Shown: positions 1 to 12,381, counted from the stretch's first letter. The stretch is DNA of 64,000 nucleotides from an uncultured Gemmatimonadaceae bacterium (GCA_963829055.1 CAWHHI010000020.1:640001-704000), one strand, 5' to 3'. Translations and numbers: made by a program. The notes: generated by a model not told the origin, from the letters alone.

Positions 1-490
1 TTGCGGCTTTGTGAGCCAGCTCCGTTGTGCCCAGCGTCGCGGAGAACTGTTCATGCCCGACCTCGAGATCGAGCTTACGGATTTTTGCCTGAGCCATTGT
101 CTCGCGTAGACGGTCCCACCAATACCAACCGCCTTCGTCCACTACCCCTGTGGCGATGAAGACGGTGACCGGACAGTCGAACTCGGCGAAGAGTCCGGCG
201 CCAACAGTGGCGAAGTCGGCGTAGCCATCATCGACGGTGAACGCGATCGTCTTCCCTAGCCGGGAGTCGCGGTCGCGCAGTCGGCCGACCAGCTCGGTAA
301 GTGACACGAGCTCGTATCGGTTCCGCCGGAGGTAGGCGAGGTCTGCGCGCACGACACTCGGGTCGTGACCGCCGTTGCCGCGTTCACGGTCGGCGAAGCG
401 GTGCAGCATGAAGATCGACCCAGATCCTCGGAGCAGTTGTTGAGAAAACGGAGCAACGAGGTCTGCGGCGAGCTTGAACGGGTTGAGCAT
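1..490 (-). CDS. Polysaccharide deacetylase (NodB/CE4) family protein, runs off the left edge
   Basis: Manual translation from ATG at 490: MLNPFKLAADL...IFMLHRF...KTIAFTVDDGYADF...PVTVFIATG...WYWWDRL; TxDDG motif of CE4 deacetylases. Missing from the ORF track because it has no stop in the window. Confidence 0.8.
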   Translation of the reverse strand, partial: MLNPFKLAADLVAPFSQQLLRGSGSIFMLHRFADRERGNGGHDPSVVRADLAYLRRNRYELVSLTELVGRLRDRDSRLGKTIAFTVDDGYADFATVGAGLFAEFDCPVTVFIATGVVDEGGWYWWDRLRETMAQAKIRKLDLEVGHEQFSATLGTTELAHKAA

Positions 491-719
491 TGGCAGTGCC
501 GGTGTGGATGCGGGCGCCGAGCGGCGTCGCACGAGGTTATGACTCGCGTCTGAGGATGGCAACGCCAACAGGGTTAGCCTCTCGGTTCAGCTTCACTGGT
601 TCGGGCTGAAATGGTGATCGACCGTTCCACTCTGGTACGCGCGACGACCGCGTCTGATATTCCGAATCCCACGCGATTGTCGCTTCGTCTGTGCTCTGGA
701 AGTAAGCCGAGGTTTTTGT

Positions 720-2316
720 ATGCGCGACCACGTGACGCGGCGTCCCATGCCGGTCGAACAATCCATCCTCTGGAAGCCGCTGCGCGACTCTCACTATGTC
801 GTCGCATCGCTGCAGCCGGCCGACGGCGGTCGCCGCAGGATCTTCATTCGCCAGCAGGTCGTTGCCCGTGTGGAAGCACTCGTGCGAGCCCATGGCCGTC
901 GTACTGTCGGACTGCTCCTCGGCCAGTTGTATCAATGCTCCACAACCGGCGCGGACTACCTGGTCATCGAATCAATTTCGGAGCACGAGGTCGTCGGAGA
1001 CGAAAATGACCTAGCGACCACGATCGGCGCAGCGTTGGAGGACCGGTCGACACAGCGTCATGGCGTCTTCGGGTTTGGGGACGATCACGCACACGTTCTT
1101 GGTTGGTATCGCGGAGTGACGGCTGTCGAGGCAAGGCCATCACTCAGTACCGCGGGGATTCACGCCTCTCTCTTCGGTCAACCCTGGCAGACGACCCTCG
1201 TCGTCAGCGAAGGCACCCGGCCGGAGGGCGCGTTTTTTCTGCATGACGTCGTGAATTCGCGCTGGTTCTACGCGCCGTTTTACGAGCTGCTGAGCCACGC
1301 GCCCGCGCCGGACCAGCCAAAGGCGACGGTTATCAATTGGCCGCAGTACATGACAGCGGAACCAGTGGTTCCCGCAGAGCGTGCGGCCAGCGCTGCGCCA
1401 GAGGCGGAGCTGGCAGACGTCCGAGCCGCAGAAGCCCTATGAGCGGCCGTGGTTGAGGCGGCCATCGGACAAGCACACCAGGGAGGAGCGTAGTCGGTTA
1501 CGCGACGGCGCGGACTCGCCGCTCGTGGATACGCCGACTGCGCTAACGGGCGACGCACCGGAGCCCGTGTCGCACGATGGGCGGCCTCTGGCGGATCAGC
1601 CTGTGGTGGACCGCCCAGTGACGAATCGGCCCGCCCCGCGGTCGGCTGACGCGCCACGAGGAAATCGAGAACGGCCGGGCTCGCGACGCGAGGAAAAGTC
1701 GACGGAAAAGCTGTCGATCGTCGATGACCGCGATCAGAAAAAGGAGACACCGCCGAGCACGCGCCGGCTCGGCGATGACGACGATACCGTCATGGGCGAG
1801 GACCCCGGCCGCTACATCGAGATTGCCCGTGCGGAGGGCTTCTTCATTGCCGCGAAATTCGACGCCGCGGGAGAGAGAGGTCGCGCGGAAACGCTCTGGG
1901 TGCTGAACGAGCCGTATTCCGGTTTATTGCTCGCCGTAGTGGGTGCGGGCTCGGAAGTCGTCGACGCGACCCTTCACTACAACCTGCAGACAGACGACGT
2001 GGGGTTGCAGCAGACGCCCTTCCCCGAGCACCGCGATCCCGAGTCGAAGACGATCTATGTTCGGGAGACGTGCATGGACTCGTTACGCGCGCGGTGCCGT
2101 CGCCTCCGAGCGACGAACGCGCTGCTGCGCGAGTGGAAAGTGACGCCGCCGATCTCCTTTCTCACGCCCGGCGAGTGGGAGTCCATCCCGGTGTCCGGCA
2201 CCGCGGCAGACGGCGGTGTCCGGGGGACCAGTGACCTCAACAAGGCGCGAATCGCGGAGCTGCCGCCCGGAGTTCGGAGCCAGTTCCATCTCCCCGGCGG
2301 CGAATCGAACGCCTAA
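720..2316 (+). CDS. Hypothetical protein with N-terminal JAB/MPN-like domain (probably inactive), Pro-rich linker and unknown C-terminal domain; probable frameshift near 1420-1440
   Basis: ORF 720..1442 has VGLLLG...VLGWY...HASLFGQPWQTTLVV, the layout of MPN domains; ORF 1381..2316 overlaps it and continues with protein-like sequence. Confidence 0.5.
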
Positions 2317-2321
2317 CGACG

Positions 2322-3308
2322 CTACGGCTCGAGCACCATTTTCCCGCCGGTCTCCCGCGTCTCGACCGCGCGGTGCGCCTCCAGCACGCGATGCGCCTCC
2401 GCCGCGTCGGCCAGCGGGAACGTCCTCTCGATCGCCAGGTGCAGCCATCCCTCGGCGAGCCAGCTCAATAGCTCGGTTGTCCGAGCGGCGAACTCCTCGG
2501 CCGCCGCGACGTGATGCGCGAATAGGGGACGAGTGAGGTAGAGCGAGCCCTTGCGGTTCAGGATCTGCGGATCGACCGGTGCGACCGGCCCGCTGGCCTG
2601 CCCGCAGAGCACCATCATGCCGCGGGGACTGAGGCAGTCGAGACTTCCGTCGAACGTGTCCTTGCCAACGGAGTCGTATACCACTTGCACTCCCCTCCCG
2701 CCCGTTAGGCGGCCCACTTCCGCGACGAAATCCTGCCGCGGATAGAGTATCACCTCGTCGGCACCGGCGTCGCGGACCAGCGTGGCCTTCTCCGGCGTCG
2801 AGGTCGTGCCGACCACCCACGCGCCGCGCCGCTTCGCGATCTGGCAGAGAAGGAGGCCGACCCCTCCCGCCGCCGCGTGTATCAGGCACCGGTCCCCCGG
2901 TTTCAGCGGGTACGTGGACATCGCGAGGTAGTGGGCGGTGATCCCGCGCATGAGCACGGCGCCGCCGACCCTCGCCTCGACGGCGTCGGGAAGTCTGACG
3001 AGCCGTTCCGCCCGCGCCGTCGCCAACTCGGCGTACGCCCCCTTGAACGATTCCGAGGTAACACGGTCGCCCACTCGCGGCCAGGTCACTCCTTTGCCCA
3101 CCGCGACTACGGTACCGGCACCCTCGCCCCCCGGCGTGAAGGGATATTGCACGGGGACCTCCCCGCTCCGCTGAAAAACTTCGACGACGTTGACGCCGAT
3201 CGCCTCCAACTTGACGACGGCCTCCCCAGGGCCGGGGTCCGGGTCAGGGACGTCCTCGAGGCGCATCACCTCCGGACCACCCGGCGCCGGGACACGAATG
3301 GCCTTCAT
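2322..3308 (-). CDS. qor: NADPH:quinone oxidoreductase (zeta-crystallin/MDR family)
   Basis: Intact 328 aa; PFTPGGEGAG, HAAAGGVG, VVYDSVGKDTF, KGSLYLTRP motifs. Confidence 0.9.
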   Translation of the reverse strand: MKAIRVPAPGGPEVMRLEDVPDPDPGPGEAVVKLEAIGVNVVEVFQRSGEVPVQYPFTPGGEGAGTVVAVGKGVTWPRVGDRVTSESFKGAYAELATARAERLVRLPDAVEARVGGAVLMRGITAHYLAMSTYPLKPGDRCLIHAAAGGVGLLLCQIAKRRGAWVVGTTSTPEKATLVRDAGADEVILYPRQDFVAEVGRLTGGRGVQVVYDSVGKDTFDGSLDCLSPRGMMVLCGQASGPVAPVDPQILNRKGSLYLTRPLFAHHVAAAEEFAARTTELLSWLAEGWLHLAIERTFPLADAAEAHRVLEAHRAVETRETGGKMVLEP

Positions 3309-3469
3309 GTGGCCCTCATTATCAGCTCGGGATCGGTTTCAGCCACAGCGCCGCGGGCGCAAGGGACAACAAGGAACAACAAGGGATCGACACGTTAGGC
3401 GCTGAGTACGTTGGGACGACCGATCGCAAGCCACGGCCCATGGGATGTCGCTGCCGCGCATGAGGACGT

Positions 3470-5962
3470 TCACGAACGCGACGCCGCGAGGTCAACAAGA
3501 GCGTCTACGCGTTGCGCAATTTCCGGCGCCGCGTGGCACCAGCTATGCCAAAGCGCGCCTGAGTCACCAGCGCTACGATACCCATTGTCCAGTTGTTGTG
3601 CGATGCCGAGGTGGCATGCCACGGGGGACGAGTGGAGCGCCGGGGCGATTTCCGGTGACGTACCCGGAACCACGGAAACGCCCTTGTTCGGCGATTCGCG
3701 AACCGAGCGATACTGATGAGGAAAGAAGCGGCTCAGCGATTCCTGCATGGGGGTTCCCATCGTGAACAGGTACACGACGGCCGCGGCACCTTCCCCTCCC
3801 GGTCCGTACCCGAGGCGCGTTAGGCGCACATCACCCTGCCTGGGACCCGCCTCTGCCTCATGCCTCAGAAAGCCAAGGAGGTCGGTCGAGATGAGCGCGC
3901 CGAGGTCACGCGCCACAATGACAACGCCTGTGTAGGGGGTCGGCTCTTCATCCTCGACCCCGACGGACGCGATGTGTCGGAGGAGCGAGACATAGCGCTC
4001 GGCGATCCGCGCTCGGGGCGTGTCGTCACCCGGCAGCGCGCGAAGATAGTTATCCACGCTCAGCATGGCGCCGAGTCGCGAGCTTCCGACGTTCGCCACA
4101 ATCGCGATGAGCACGGCCGCTGCGGCCGTCACGGCCGCGATGGTGCCAATGTTCAACGTCGTGAGTCGCTGAGCAGTGCGGAAGCCGGACGCGAGGAACG
4201 GGGGGAGAGCGATGAGGGATGATCCGTGCAGCCCCACGACACTGGCCGGTGGGATGACGAAGATTGCGATCCACAAAAGCCACGTGACGGCGGAGGTTGT
4301 ATCGGATCCGCGCGAGAACGACGGCAGAAGCAACCCCGCTCCTGCCAGAGCGAGCGTCCCGACGAGACCGCAGCTCATGGTCAGCACGAACAGTACGCCG
4401 AAGTACTGCTGCACACTCGGCTGGCCGGGACATGGGCTGTCCGCCGCCATCGGCGGTAATTGGAGTGACGAGCTGAATGCGACCGGTTCCGGGACCCTTC
4501 GTTCCAGCCAGTCCGGGAGCGGAGCAATGGACAGCGTGAGGCACTGGAACGCGCTGGACTTTCGTGCAACGTAGGGGAACACCCCCGCCCAGAGAACCAT
4601 CGTGAAAAGCAGGACGCCTATCGAGGACCAGGCCAGGACGAGGCGTCCCGTACGCAGGGCCGTCCGCGCTCGACCGCGCCGAGCGTCTGCGGCGGCGGTG
4701 TCCCCGGAATCACCGTGCATCCTGGTTGCGACGTAGCCGGCCAGAGCAATGACCACGGCCAGGAAGCAGAGCATGAACCAAAGCGCTCTGAGTGACACCC
4801 ACTCGACCTGAATGGTCCACAACGTCGCCTGCTCCACCGAGCCTAACGCGGCGGTCGGCAGCAGATTCACCGCTGCGCCTGGATAGTAAATCGCTCGGTG
4901 CTGGGCGCCGCTGGCGGCGAGGCACCACATGAAACCCGCCGCACAAGCGAAGTACAGGAGATGCCCCAACCAGAGTGCTCCCGGCCTAACGCGATCGTAC
5001 TGCCGGAACACGAGGTGAGCGAGCGCCCACCCGGTGAGCCACCACTCGACCGCGGTGAGGATGGGGCGTTGCGACGGTCCGACAATCTTTTCGAAGGCGA
5101 CGCCCAAGCCCCCACCAAGTATGATCAACGCTACCGGAGGAATCGCACTCCGGGACAGCCCGCGCTCGAAGAGCGTCTCGACGATTGTCTTGTGGAACAG
5201 CGCGTACGCAACCGCCCCGCCAATAATTCCCCCAAGCATGGCCGACGCAATGACGGGAGCAGTGTCGGAGAGCAGCCGAACCACCACCGGACCGAGCGAC
5301 CCTAGCAACAGAATGGCGGTCAGCAGGGCAATGGGGAGTACGAGTAGCCGAACCGCATACGCCTGCATCCTGGAGATCCACCGCCACGTCCGACTGCCTC
5401 GATGCTCCCGAGCAGCGTCGTCAACCGCCTGCCGCCCGAGATCCGCTACTTGCAGCACGAGCTGATACAGGGCGCCGAAAAACGCCCACGGACCCTTGGC
5501 GATTCGCAAGAGGTCCGCCGAATACATGTCGAACACGTCGACGCGGGTACCGTCCGATCGCTGGCCCTCGAGACGCGTTGTCAGGTACGCTGCTTGTTCG
5601 CCTGCTCCCTTGTAGCCCACGAGGCGCATGCGCATCGACTCATGCGCGACATAGGCGGGGTCACTGATAGGGGTCGCCTCGACGGATGAGCACAACGCCT
5701 TTTCGCGGTCCGCGATCTCAACCGGGTGGAGCGGGAGATAGACCGGATGCTCATGGAACCGGGAGTACCGCGCATCGGGCAGCGATTGCAGCAGGCTCGC
5801 CACGTCGACGGCGAAATCCCCTCGCTGTTGTTTCACGTCGCCCTGGACAGTGATTATCGCAATGCGAGCGCGGCTAGCGGTACATCCCTCTTCAACTTCG
5901 GCGCTCGAAAATGGAGTACCAACGGTACCCATCGATGCCTCGTCGTTCGAGAACACAGCCAA
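3470..5962 (-). CDS. Large polytopic membrane protein with degenerate alpha/beta-hydrolase-like termini
   Basis: 830 aa open frame with many hydrophobic helices; C-terminal VVIVARDLGALIS and YLFTMGTP resemble the hydrolase AHSxG elbow and TxGSP motifs. Confidence 0.6.
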   Translation of the reverse strand: MAVFSNDEASMGTVGTPFSSAEVEEGCTASRARIAIITVQGDVKQQRGDFAVDVASLLQSLPDARYSRFHEHPVYLPLHPVEIADREKALCSSVEATPISDPAYVAHESMRMRLVGYKGAGEQAAYLTTRLEGQRSDGTRVDVFDMYSADLLRIAKGPWAFFGALYQLVLQVADLGRQAVDDAAREHRGSRTWRWISRMQAYAVRLLVLPIALLTAILLLGSLGPVVVRLLSDTAPVIASAMLGGIIGGAVAYALFHKTIVETLFERGLSRSAIPPVALIILGGGLGVAFEKIVGPSQRPILTAVEWWLTGWALAHLVFRQYDRVRPGALWLGHLLYFACAAGFMWCLAASGAQHRAIYYPGAAVNLLPTAALGSVEQATLWTIQVEWVSLRALWFMLCFLAVVIALAGYVATRMHGDSGDTAAADARRGRARTALRTGRLVLAWSSIGVLLFTMVLWAGVFPYVARKSSAFQCLTLSIAPLPDWLERRVPEPVAFSSSLQLPPMAADSPCPGQPSVQQYFGVLFVLTMSCGLVGTLALAGAGLLLPSFSRGSDTTSAVTWLLWIAIFVIPPASVVGLHGSSLIALPPFLASGFRTAQRLTTLNIGTIAAVTAAAAVLIAIVANVGSSRLGAMLSVDNYLRALPGDDTPRARIAERYVSLLRHIASVGVEDEEPTPYTGVVIVARDLGALISTDLLGFLRHEAEAGPRQGDVRLTRLGYGPGGEGAAAVVYLFTMGTPMQESLSRFFPHQYRSVRESPNKGVSVVPGTSPEIAPALHSSPVACHLGIAQQLDNGYRSAGDSGALWHSWCHAAPEIAQRVDALVDLAASRS

Positions 5963-6055
5963 CCGTCGCGGAACTGTCCGTGATGAATGAAGCAGTTCCA
6001 GCAGTAAGTGGCCAGACCCATGCTGCTGTGTCGGTATAAGGAAGCATGTGACACA

Positions 6056-6089
6056 GCGGCCCCGGGACGCGTTCGCGTCCCGGGGCCGC
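6056..6089. terminator. GC-rich perfect hairpin downstream of ahcY (possible terminator or mRNA stabiliser)
   Basis: GCGGCCCCGGGACGCG-TT-CGCGTCCCGGGGCCGC about 40 nt after the ahcY stop; no clear U-tract. Confidence 0.5.
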
Positions 6090-6127
6090 CTGCCGTTCCC
6101 GATTCCCCATGCGGGGTTTCAGCCGAT

Positions 6128-7611
<1,484 letters not shown>

Positions 7612-7669
7612 CAATCCTCATCGTTAGGTAAGTGAATCATGCAGAGTGCTATCAGCTATCAGCTATCAG

Positions 7670-8637
7670 CTACTGACGGCTGAGACTCCGGCTCCGAGCA
7701 TCCGCTGCCACGACGAACAACGCCGGGCCATTCGCGTCCGCATCGACTGGCAGCGGCGTGTAACGCACGCCGAGTGAAGCCGGCGGCGGACAGCCACTCG
7801 GTCATCTGCTCGGACGAAAAACCCTGCCACACGTGGCCCATCTGCTGGCGGTACTCCTCGCGGTCGTGCGGCATCATGTCGACCACGATCAGGCGTCCGC
7901 CCGGCCGTAGCACACGCGCCGCCTCGCCTAACGCCTTCTGCGGCTCGGCAATGTAGTGCAGCACGAGCGACATGACGGCCGCGTCCATCTGACCGGGCTC
8001 GATCGGCAGCGCCTCCAGCTCGCCCTGCCTGATCTCGACGTTGCTCAAGCCATCGAGCCGGCGGCGGGCGGCGGCGAGCATTGCCGCCGACGCGTCGACG
8101 GCGATGACGCGCTGCACGAACGGCGCGAGCGTCGCCGTGAGCGGGCCGGTGCCGCAACCCAGGTCGGCGATGAGCCAGTCGGGGTCGACCAGCGCGAGCA
8201 TGCCGGCCAGCGGCGATCGCTCGCCGAACAGCTCGCCGCGCACTGCGTCCCACTGTCCCGCGACGGACGAGAAGAACTCCTGCGAGCGCGACCGGCGTTC
8301 GCTCAACACGCCGTCCACGCGGCGCGAGTCCTGGCGCCCGGCGGGACTCGCGGCTACCTGGTCACGCACGATCGTCCAGAGCTGGCGCGCGGCCGAATCG
8401 AGCGCCGTCTCCAGTCGGTAGTAGCGGCTGGTGCCATCGGCTCGGGACGCCACCCACCCGTCGTCGCTCAGGATCTTGAGGTGGCGGCTCACCGTGGATC
8501 TGCGGGAGCTGCAGCACCGAACAGAGCTCGGTGACCGTGAGCTCGCGATCCTCCAGCACGTGAAGCAGCCGGCTCCGTGTTGGGTCGGAGAGCGCGCTGA
8601 GCTGGTCGAAGACGCCGGGGCGTAGAGTAGTATTCAT
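7670..8637 (-). CDS. sahR: ArsR-HTH + class I SAM-methyltransferase-domain regulator (SahR-like), frameshifted
   Basis: ALSDPTRSRLL...VTELCSVLQLPQ/TVSRHLKIL (ArsR HTH) followed by ADLGCGTG (SAM motif I); directly upstream of ahcY, the usual SahR context. Confidence 0.85.
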
Positions 8638-8683
8638 CCGTATATCCGGATGTAACGCTACAACCATCGGACCCGAGAGTCAA
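8635..8683 (-). promoter_or_regulatory. Sigma70-type promoter with overlapping palindromic operator for sahR-ahcY
   Basis: Minus strand TTGACT (8683-8678), 17 nt, TAGCGT (8660-8655); palindrome CATCCG-TATATC-CGGATG (8635-8652) spans the expected start site and the ATG. Confidence 0.65.
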
Positions 8684-8894
8684 GCACCCGTGGTCCCCTG
8701 TAGGAGCGAGTTCGTTGCGATCCAGAACGCGCTCCGTAAGTAGGTGAACCGGCGTGAGGCGAAGTTCCGGCGCTCCGGATTGTGCACCCCGGCACATGGC
8801 AGCGCCGGGGTCAACCATCTATAGTTCCGTCCGTTCCGTGCCTGGCGCTGTTGCCGGCATTGGGTGGAGTCCCGTTCGAGGAGTAGTGCCGCGA

Positions 8895-9770
8895 ATGATT
8901 CGACGGAGGGTCGTGCTCCTTCCGCTGCGCGCAGCACGTCTCGGTCGCCTCGCGCTGCTGCTCCTCGGCAGCGCGATGGCGTGCGAATCCGCACCCGCCT
9001 CGAACGCGGATTCCGCCGTCGCACAGGCGCCGAAGGACACGGGCGCAGTCACGGACAAGTACGTGCCCAGCGTCGACGAGGGCCTTGGCGCGTCGATCGC
9101 GATCCTGATCGACAACTCCGGTTCGATGAAGAAAGCGGCCGAGGGCGACAGCCGCCGAAGTACGTCGTCGCGCGCGAGGCGCTCGAAGCAATGCTGGCGT
9201 CGACCGACTCGTTCGTGGCGCGAGCAGCCGGACTTCCCGATCAACGTCGGCCTGTACCGGTTCTCGAGTCCGCGTGACGGCGATGGTGCCGATCAGGCGC
9301 TACGACCGCGGCCGCGCCTCAAGTCGCGGCGCTCGACATCGATGCCCGAACCCGACGGCGGCACCGCGATCGGAAGGGCGATGGACGTCGCGCGTGACGA
9401 CCTCTATCGCGCCGGGACATTCCGGAAGTACATCCTTGTCGTCACCGACGGCGAGAACACGGACGGCGTGTCGCCTCGCCGCATCGCGCAAGAGATCAAC
9501 CGGCGCAGTGAAGGCGCGGTGCGCATGTACTTCGTCGCGTTCGACGTCGACGCCGAGCGGTTCGCGCTTCGTGCGCGACGTGCGAGGCGAGGTGGTCGGC
9601 GCCCGCAACGGCTGACGCGCTCCGCGCACGACTCGACGACGATCTACCGCGGGAAGATTCTTTCCGAAGCAGTGGATGCCGGCGAGACCTCAGCGCGGCT
9701 TGCCGCCGATTCGGCCTCGCGCGATTCGGCCAAGCCTCCGACGACTCCGAGGAAGGACACACGACCATGA
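8895..9770 (+). CDS. vWA-domain lipoprotein (intact MIDAS), internal compensating indels
   Basis: Lipobox-like LLLLGSAMAC; ILIDNSGSM (DxSxS), GGTAIG (T), ILVVTDGENT (D). Confidence 0.8.
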   Translation: MIRRRVVLLPLRAARLGRLALLLLGSAMACESAPASNADSAVAQAPKDTGAVTDKYVPSVDEGLGASIAILIDNSGSMKKAAEGDSRRSTSSRARRSKQCWRRPTRSWREQPDFPINVGLYRFSSPRDGDGADQALRPRPRLKSRRSTSMPEPDGGTAIGRAMDVARDDLYRAGTFRKYILVVTDGENTDGVSPRRIAQEINRRSEGAVRMYFVAFDVDAERFALRARRARRGGRRPQRLTRSAHDSTTIYRGKILSEAVDAGETSARLAADSASRDSAKPPTTPRKDTRP

Positions 9771-10511
9771 TCATGGGAAAATTCTTCCAGCGCGTTCCGC
9801 GCGCAGCTCAACAAGATCGCGAACATCTTCTTCGAGGCTGACCCGATCGCGGTGATGCAGCTCGAGGTGGATCAGGCGACCGAGCGTCTCAAGGAAGGAC
9901 GGAAGGGACTCGAGATGTATCGCGGCCTCGTGGAGACCGTCGCGCGTCAGGTCGCGGCCGGCAAGTCGAACATCGTCCAGCTCGAGGCGCAGATCAAAGC
10001 GCATCTCAAGGCAGGCAATCGCGACGTGGCCGGCCAGCTCGCGATTCAGCTGCAGAAGGCGCAGACGGAGCTCGCGCGAACAACGAGCAGCAGCTCGAGA
10101 TGCACGAGCAGGCCTATCAGAACAACCTGCTCAAGATTCAGAAGGCGAACAAAGACATCGTGAAGGTGACGCGACAAGATCCGGCAGTACGACGCGGAGC
10201 TGAAGATGAGCGCGGCGGAGGCCGAGATCGCGCAGATCTCCGAGTCGTTCGACATGAACGTGACGACGGACTTCGGCGAGATCGAGTCACGTGATCCAGC
10301 AGAAGATCGACACGAACCGCGGCCGCGCGCGCGTGGCGACCGACATGTCGTCGAAGGGCATCGAGTCGATCAAGGCCGAGGAAGCGGCCGAGAAGGCGAT
10401 GGCCGAGGATCTTCTCTCGAAGTACGAGGTGCAGCTCGGTCTCAAGTCGCCGGAAACGACGCCGGTGGCGGATACCGTCAAGAGTCTCGGACCGCGGTGG
10501 AAAACAAATAG
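9767..10511 (+). CDS. PspA/IM30/Vipp1 (ESCRT-III superfamily) protein, frameshifted
   Basis: Stitched: amphipathic N-terminus MGKFFSAFRAQLNKIA, EADPIAVMQLEVDQ, long coiled coil, AHLKAGNRDVAGQLAIQL, C-terminal EKAMAEDLL; ATGA overlap with the vWA stop. Confidence 0.75.
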
Positions 10512-10618
10512 GGACTAGGGACTGGGGCTGGGGCCAGTGACTCGGCGAGGATGCTAGCTCGCAGCGAAGCTCCCGCCGAGTCCCTAGTCCCCAGTCCCGA
10601 GTCCCAGCAACCAGTCCT
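10510..10618. repeat. Long imperfect hairpin with heptamer-repeat arms (GGGACTA/G ... CAGTCCC) inside the operon
   Basis: GGGACTAGGGACTGGGG..GACTCGGCG pairs with CGCCGAGTCCCTAGTCCCCAGTCCC. Confidence 0.65.
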
Positions 10619-10638
10619 CTAGCTCCACGTACCCAACC

Positions 10639-12381
10639 ATGGCAAACGGCAGACCGAAACCGGCGTTCTTCCTCGTGATGTTCCTCGTCGTCGCGGGGCT
10701 GATCTACTACGGCGTCTCGCGCTTCGGCGGCACGAAGCCGGCCTCGGCGGCAGCGACAGCTCGAGCCATCTCGCCGACGGATCTCGCGAACAGAAGGGCG
10801 GGCCCGAGGCGCCTGACGCGAGCAGCGTCACGACGGTCAAGGAGTACAGCTACGTCGCGAGCGCCAAGCTGCCCGAGGTGAAGGGCACGTCGGCCTACAC
10901 GCCGATGGTCGACAACACCGTGCGCATGGCGCTCAACGTGTGGGCGGGATGGGCGCCGGTGATCCACGCCAACAACGGCTTCAAGGCCGGCAAGGTCTGG
11001 AAGACGCCGAGCGGCAAGACGTTCAAGCTCGAGCTCGTGCTGATCGACGACCCGATCGCCATGCGCGACGCCTACGCGTCGGGCAAGGTGCACATCGGGT
11101 GGGCGACGCTCGACATGATACCGCTGTTCGTCGAGCAGTTGCGAAAGGACTCGCGCACGATGCCGCGCGTCTACCAGCAGATCGACTGGTCGAACGGCGG
11201 CGACGGCATCGTGTGTCGCGCAGAACGTCAAGTCGGTGACCGACCTGCGCGGCAAGACGGTCGTGCTCGCGCAGAACTCGCCGTCGCACTTCTTCCTGCT
11301 CAACACGCTCATCAGCGGCGGCCTGCAGCCGGCGACGTGCAGTACAAGTTCACGCAGGACGCGTTCCAGGCGGCCGCGGCGTTCAACGCCGACAAGTCCG
11401 TGGCGTGCGCCGTGAGCTGGGCGCCGGACATCTACAACCTCGCCGACGCGAGCGGGCAACAAGATGCTCGTGAACACGCAGACGGCGAACAAGCTCATCG
11501 CCGACGTGTGGTTCGCGCGCGCCGACTTCGCGAAGGACAACCGCGCGATCATCGAAGGGCTCGTCGCGCGGGATCTTCGAGGCGATGGAGACGCTGAAGA
11601 GCGCAGGACGGGAAGGCGACAGGTCGCGAAGCTGATGGCCGCCGGGCTACTCCATTCCGGAGAAGGACGCGCTCGGCATGCTCGGCGACGCGCACTCGAC
11701 GAACTACGCCGAGAATCGCGAGTTCTTCCTCAACCAGAACAACCCGACGAACTTCGAGCGCACGTGGAACACGGCGTACTTCCTCTACCGGAAGATCGGC
11801 AGCGTGTCGGGGAATCCGGTGCCGTTCGACCAGGTGATGGACTTCTCGGTCATCCAGAAGCTCGGCGAGCGAGCCGGTCTACGCGAACTCAGAAGAACGA
11901 GTATCAGGTGCAGTTCGTGCCGACGTCGGCGACGGCGGTGCAGGCCGAGAGCAACGAGATTCTCACGAAGAGCATCGTCATCCAGTTCTACCCGAACTCC
12001 GACGACATCGAGAAGACGATCGAGAAGACGGTGGACGGAAAGACGGTGCAGGAGGCGTACGATCCGAACGCGCCGTTCGTGGTCGAGGAGGCGGGCAAGC
12101 TCGCCGGACAGTTCGGCGCGGCGCGCATCGTCATCGAGGGCCACACCGACGCGTCGATGAAGAACTCGGGCACCGTCACGGCGGCCGACGTGCAGGAGCT
12201 CTCGCTCCGGCGCGCGAACGCGGTGAAGCAGGCGCTCATTCGCAAGTTCCCGTCGCTGCAGCCCAATCAGTTCACCACGGCGGGCCGCGGGTGGGATCGG
12301 CCGGCCGATCCGAGCGACCCGAACAACAACGCGAAGAACCGGCGCGTCGAGATCAAGGTCTATCCGCTGGAGTCGAAGTAG
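10639..12381 (+). CDS. Membrane-anchored NMT1/TauA-type substrate-binding protein fused to a C-terminal OmpA-like peptidoglycan-binding domain, frameshifted
   Basis: N-terminal TM FFLVMFLVVAGLIYY; ALNVWAGWAP, DWSNGGDGIV, VSWAPD (type-2 PBP); IEGHTD...LSLRRANAVK...GRG...NRRVEI (OmpA_C). Confidence 0.85.

Noticed and set aside
7612..7670. SAH or SAM riboswitch upstream of ahcY
   Set aside because: The gap is short and filled by a GCTATCA repeat; regulation is better explained by the SahR-like gene.
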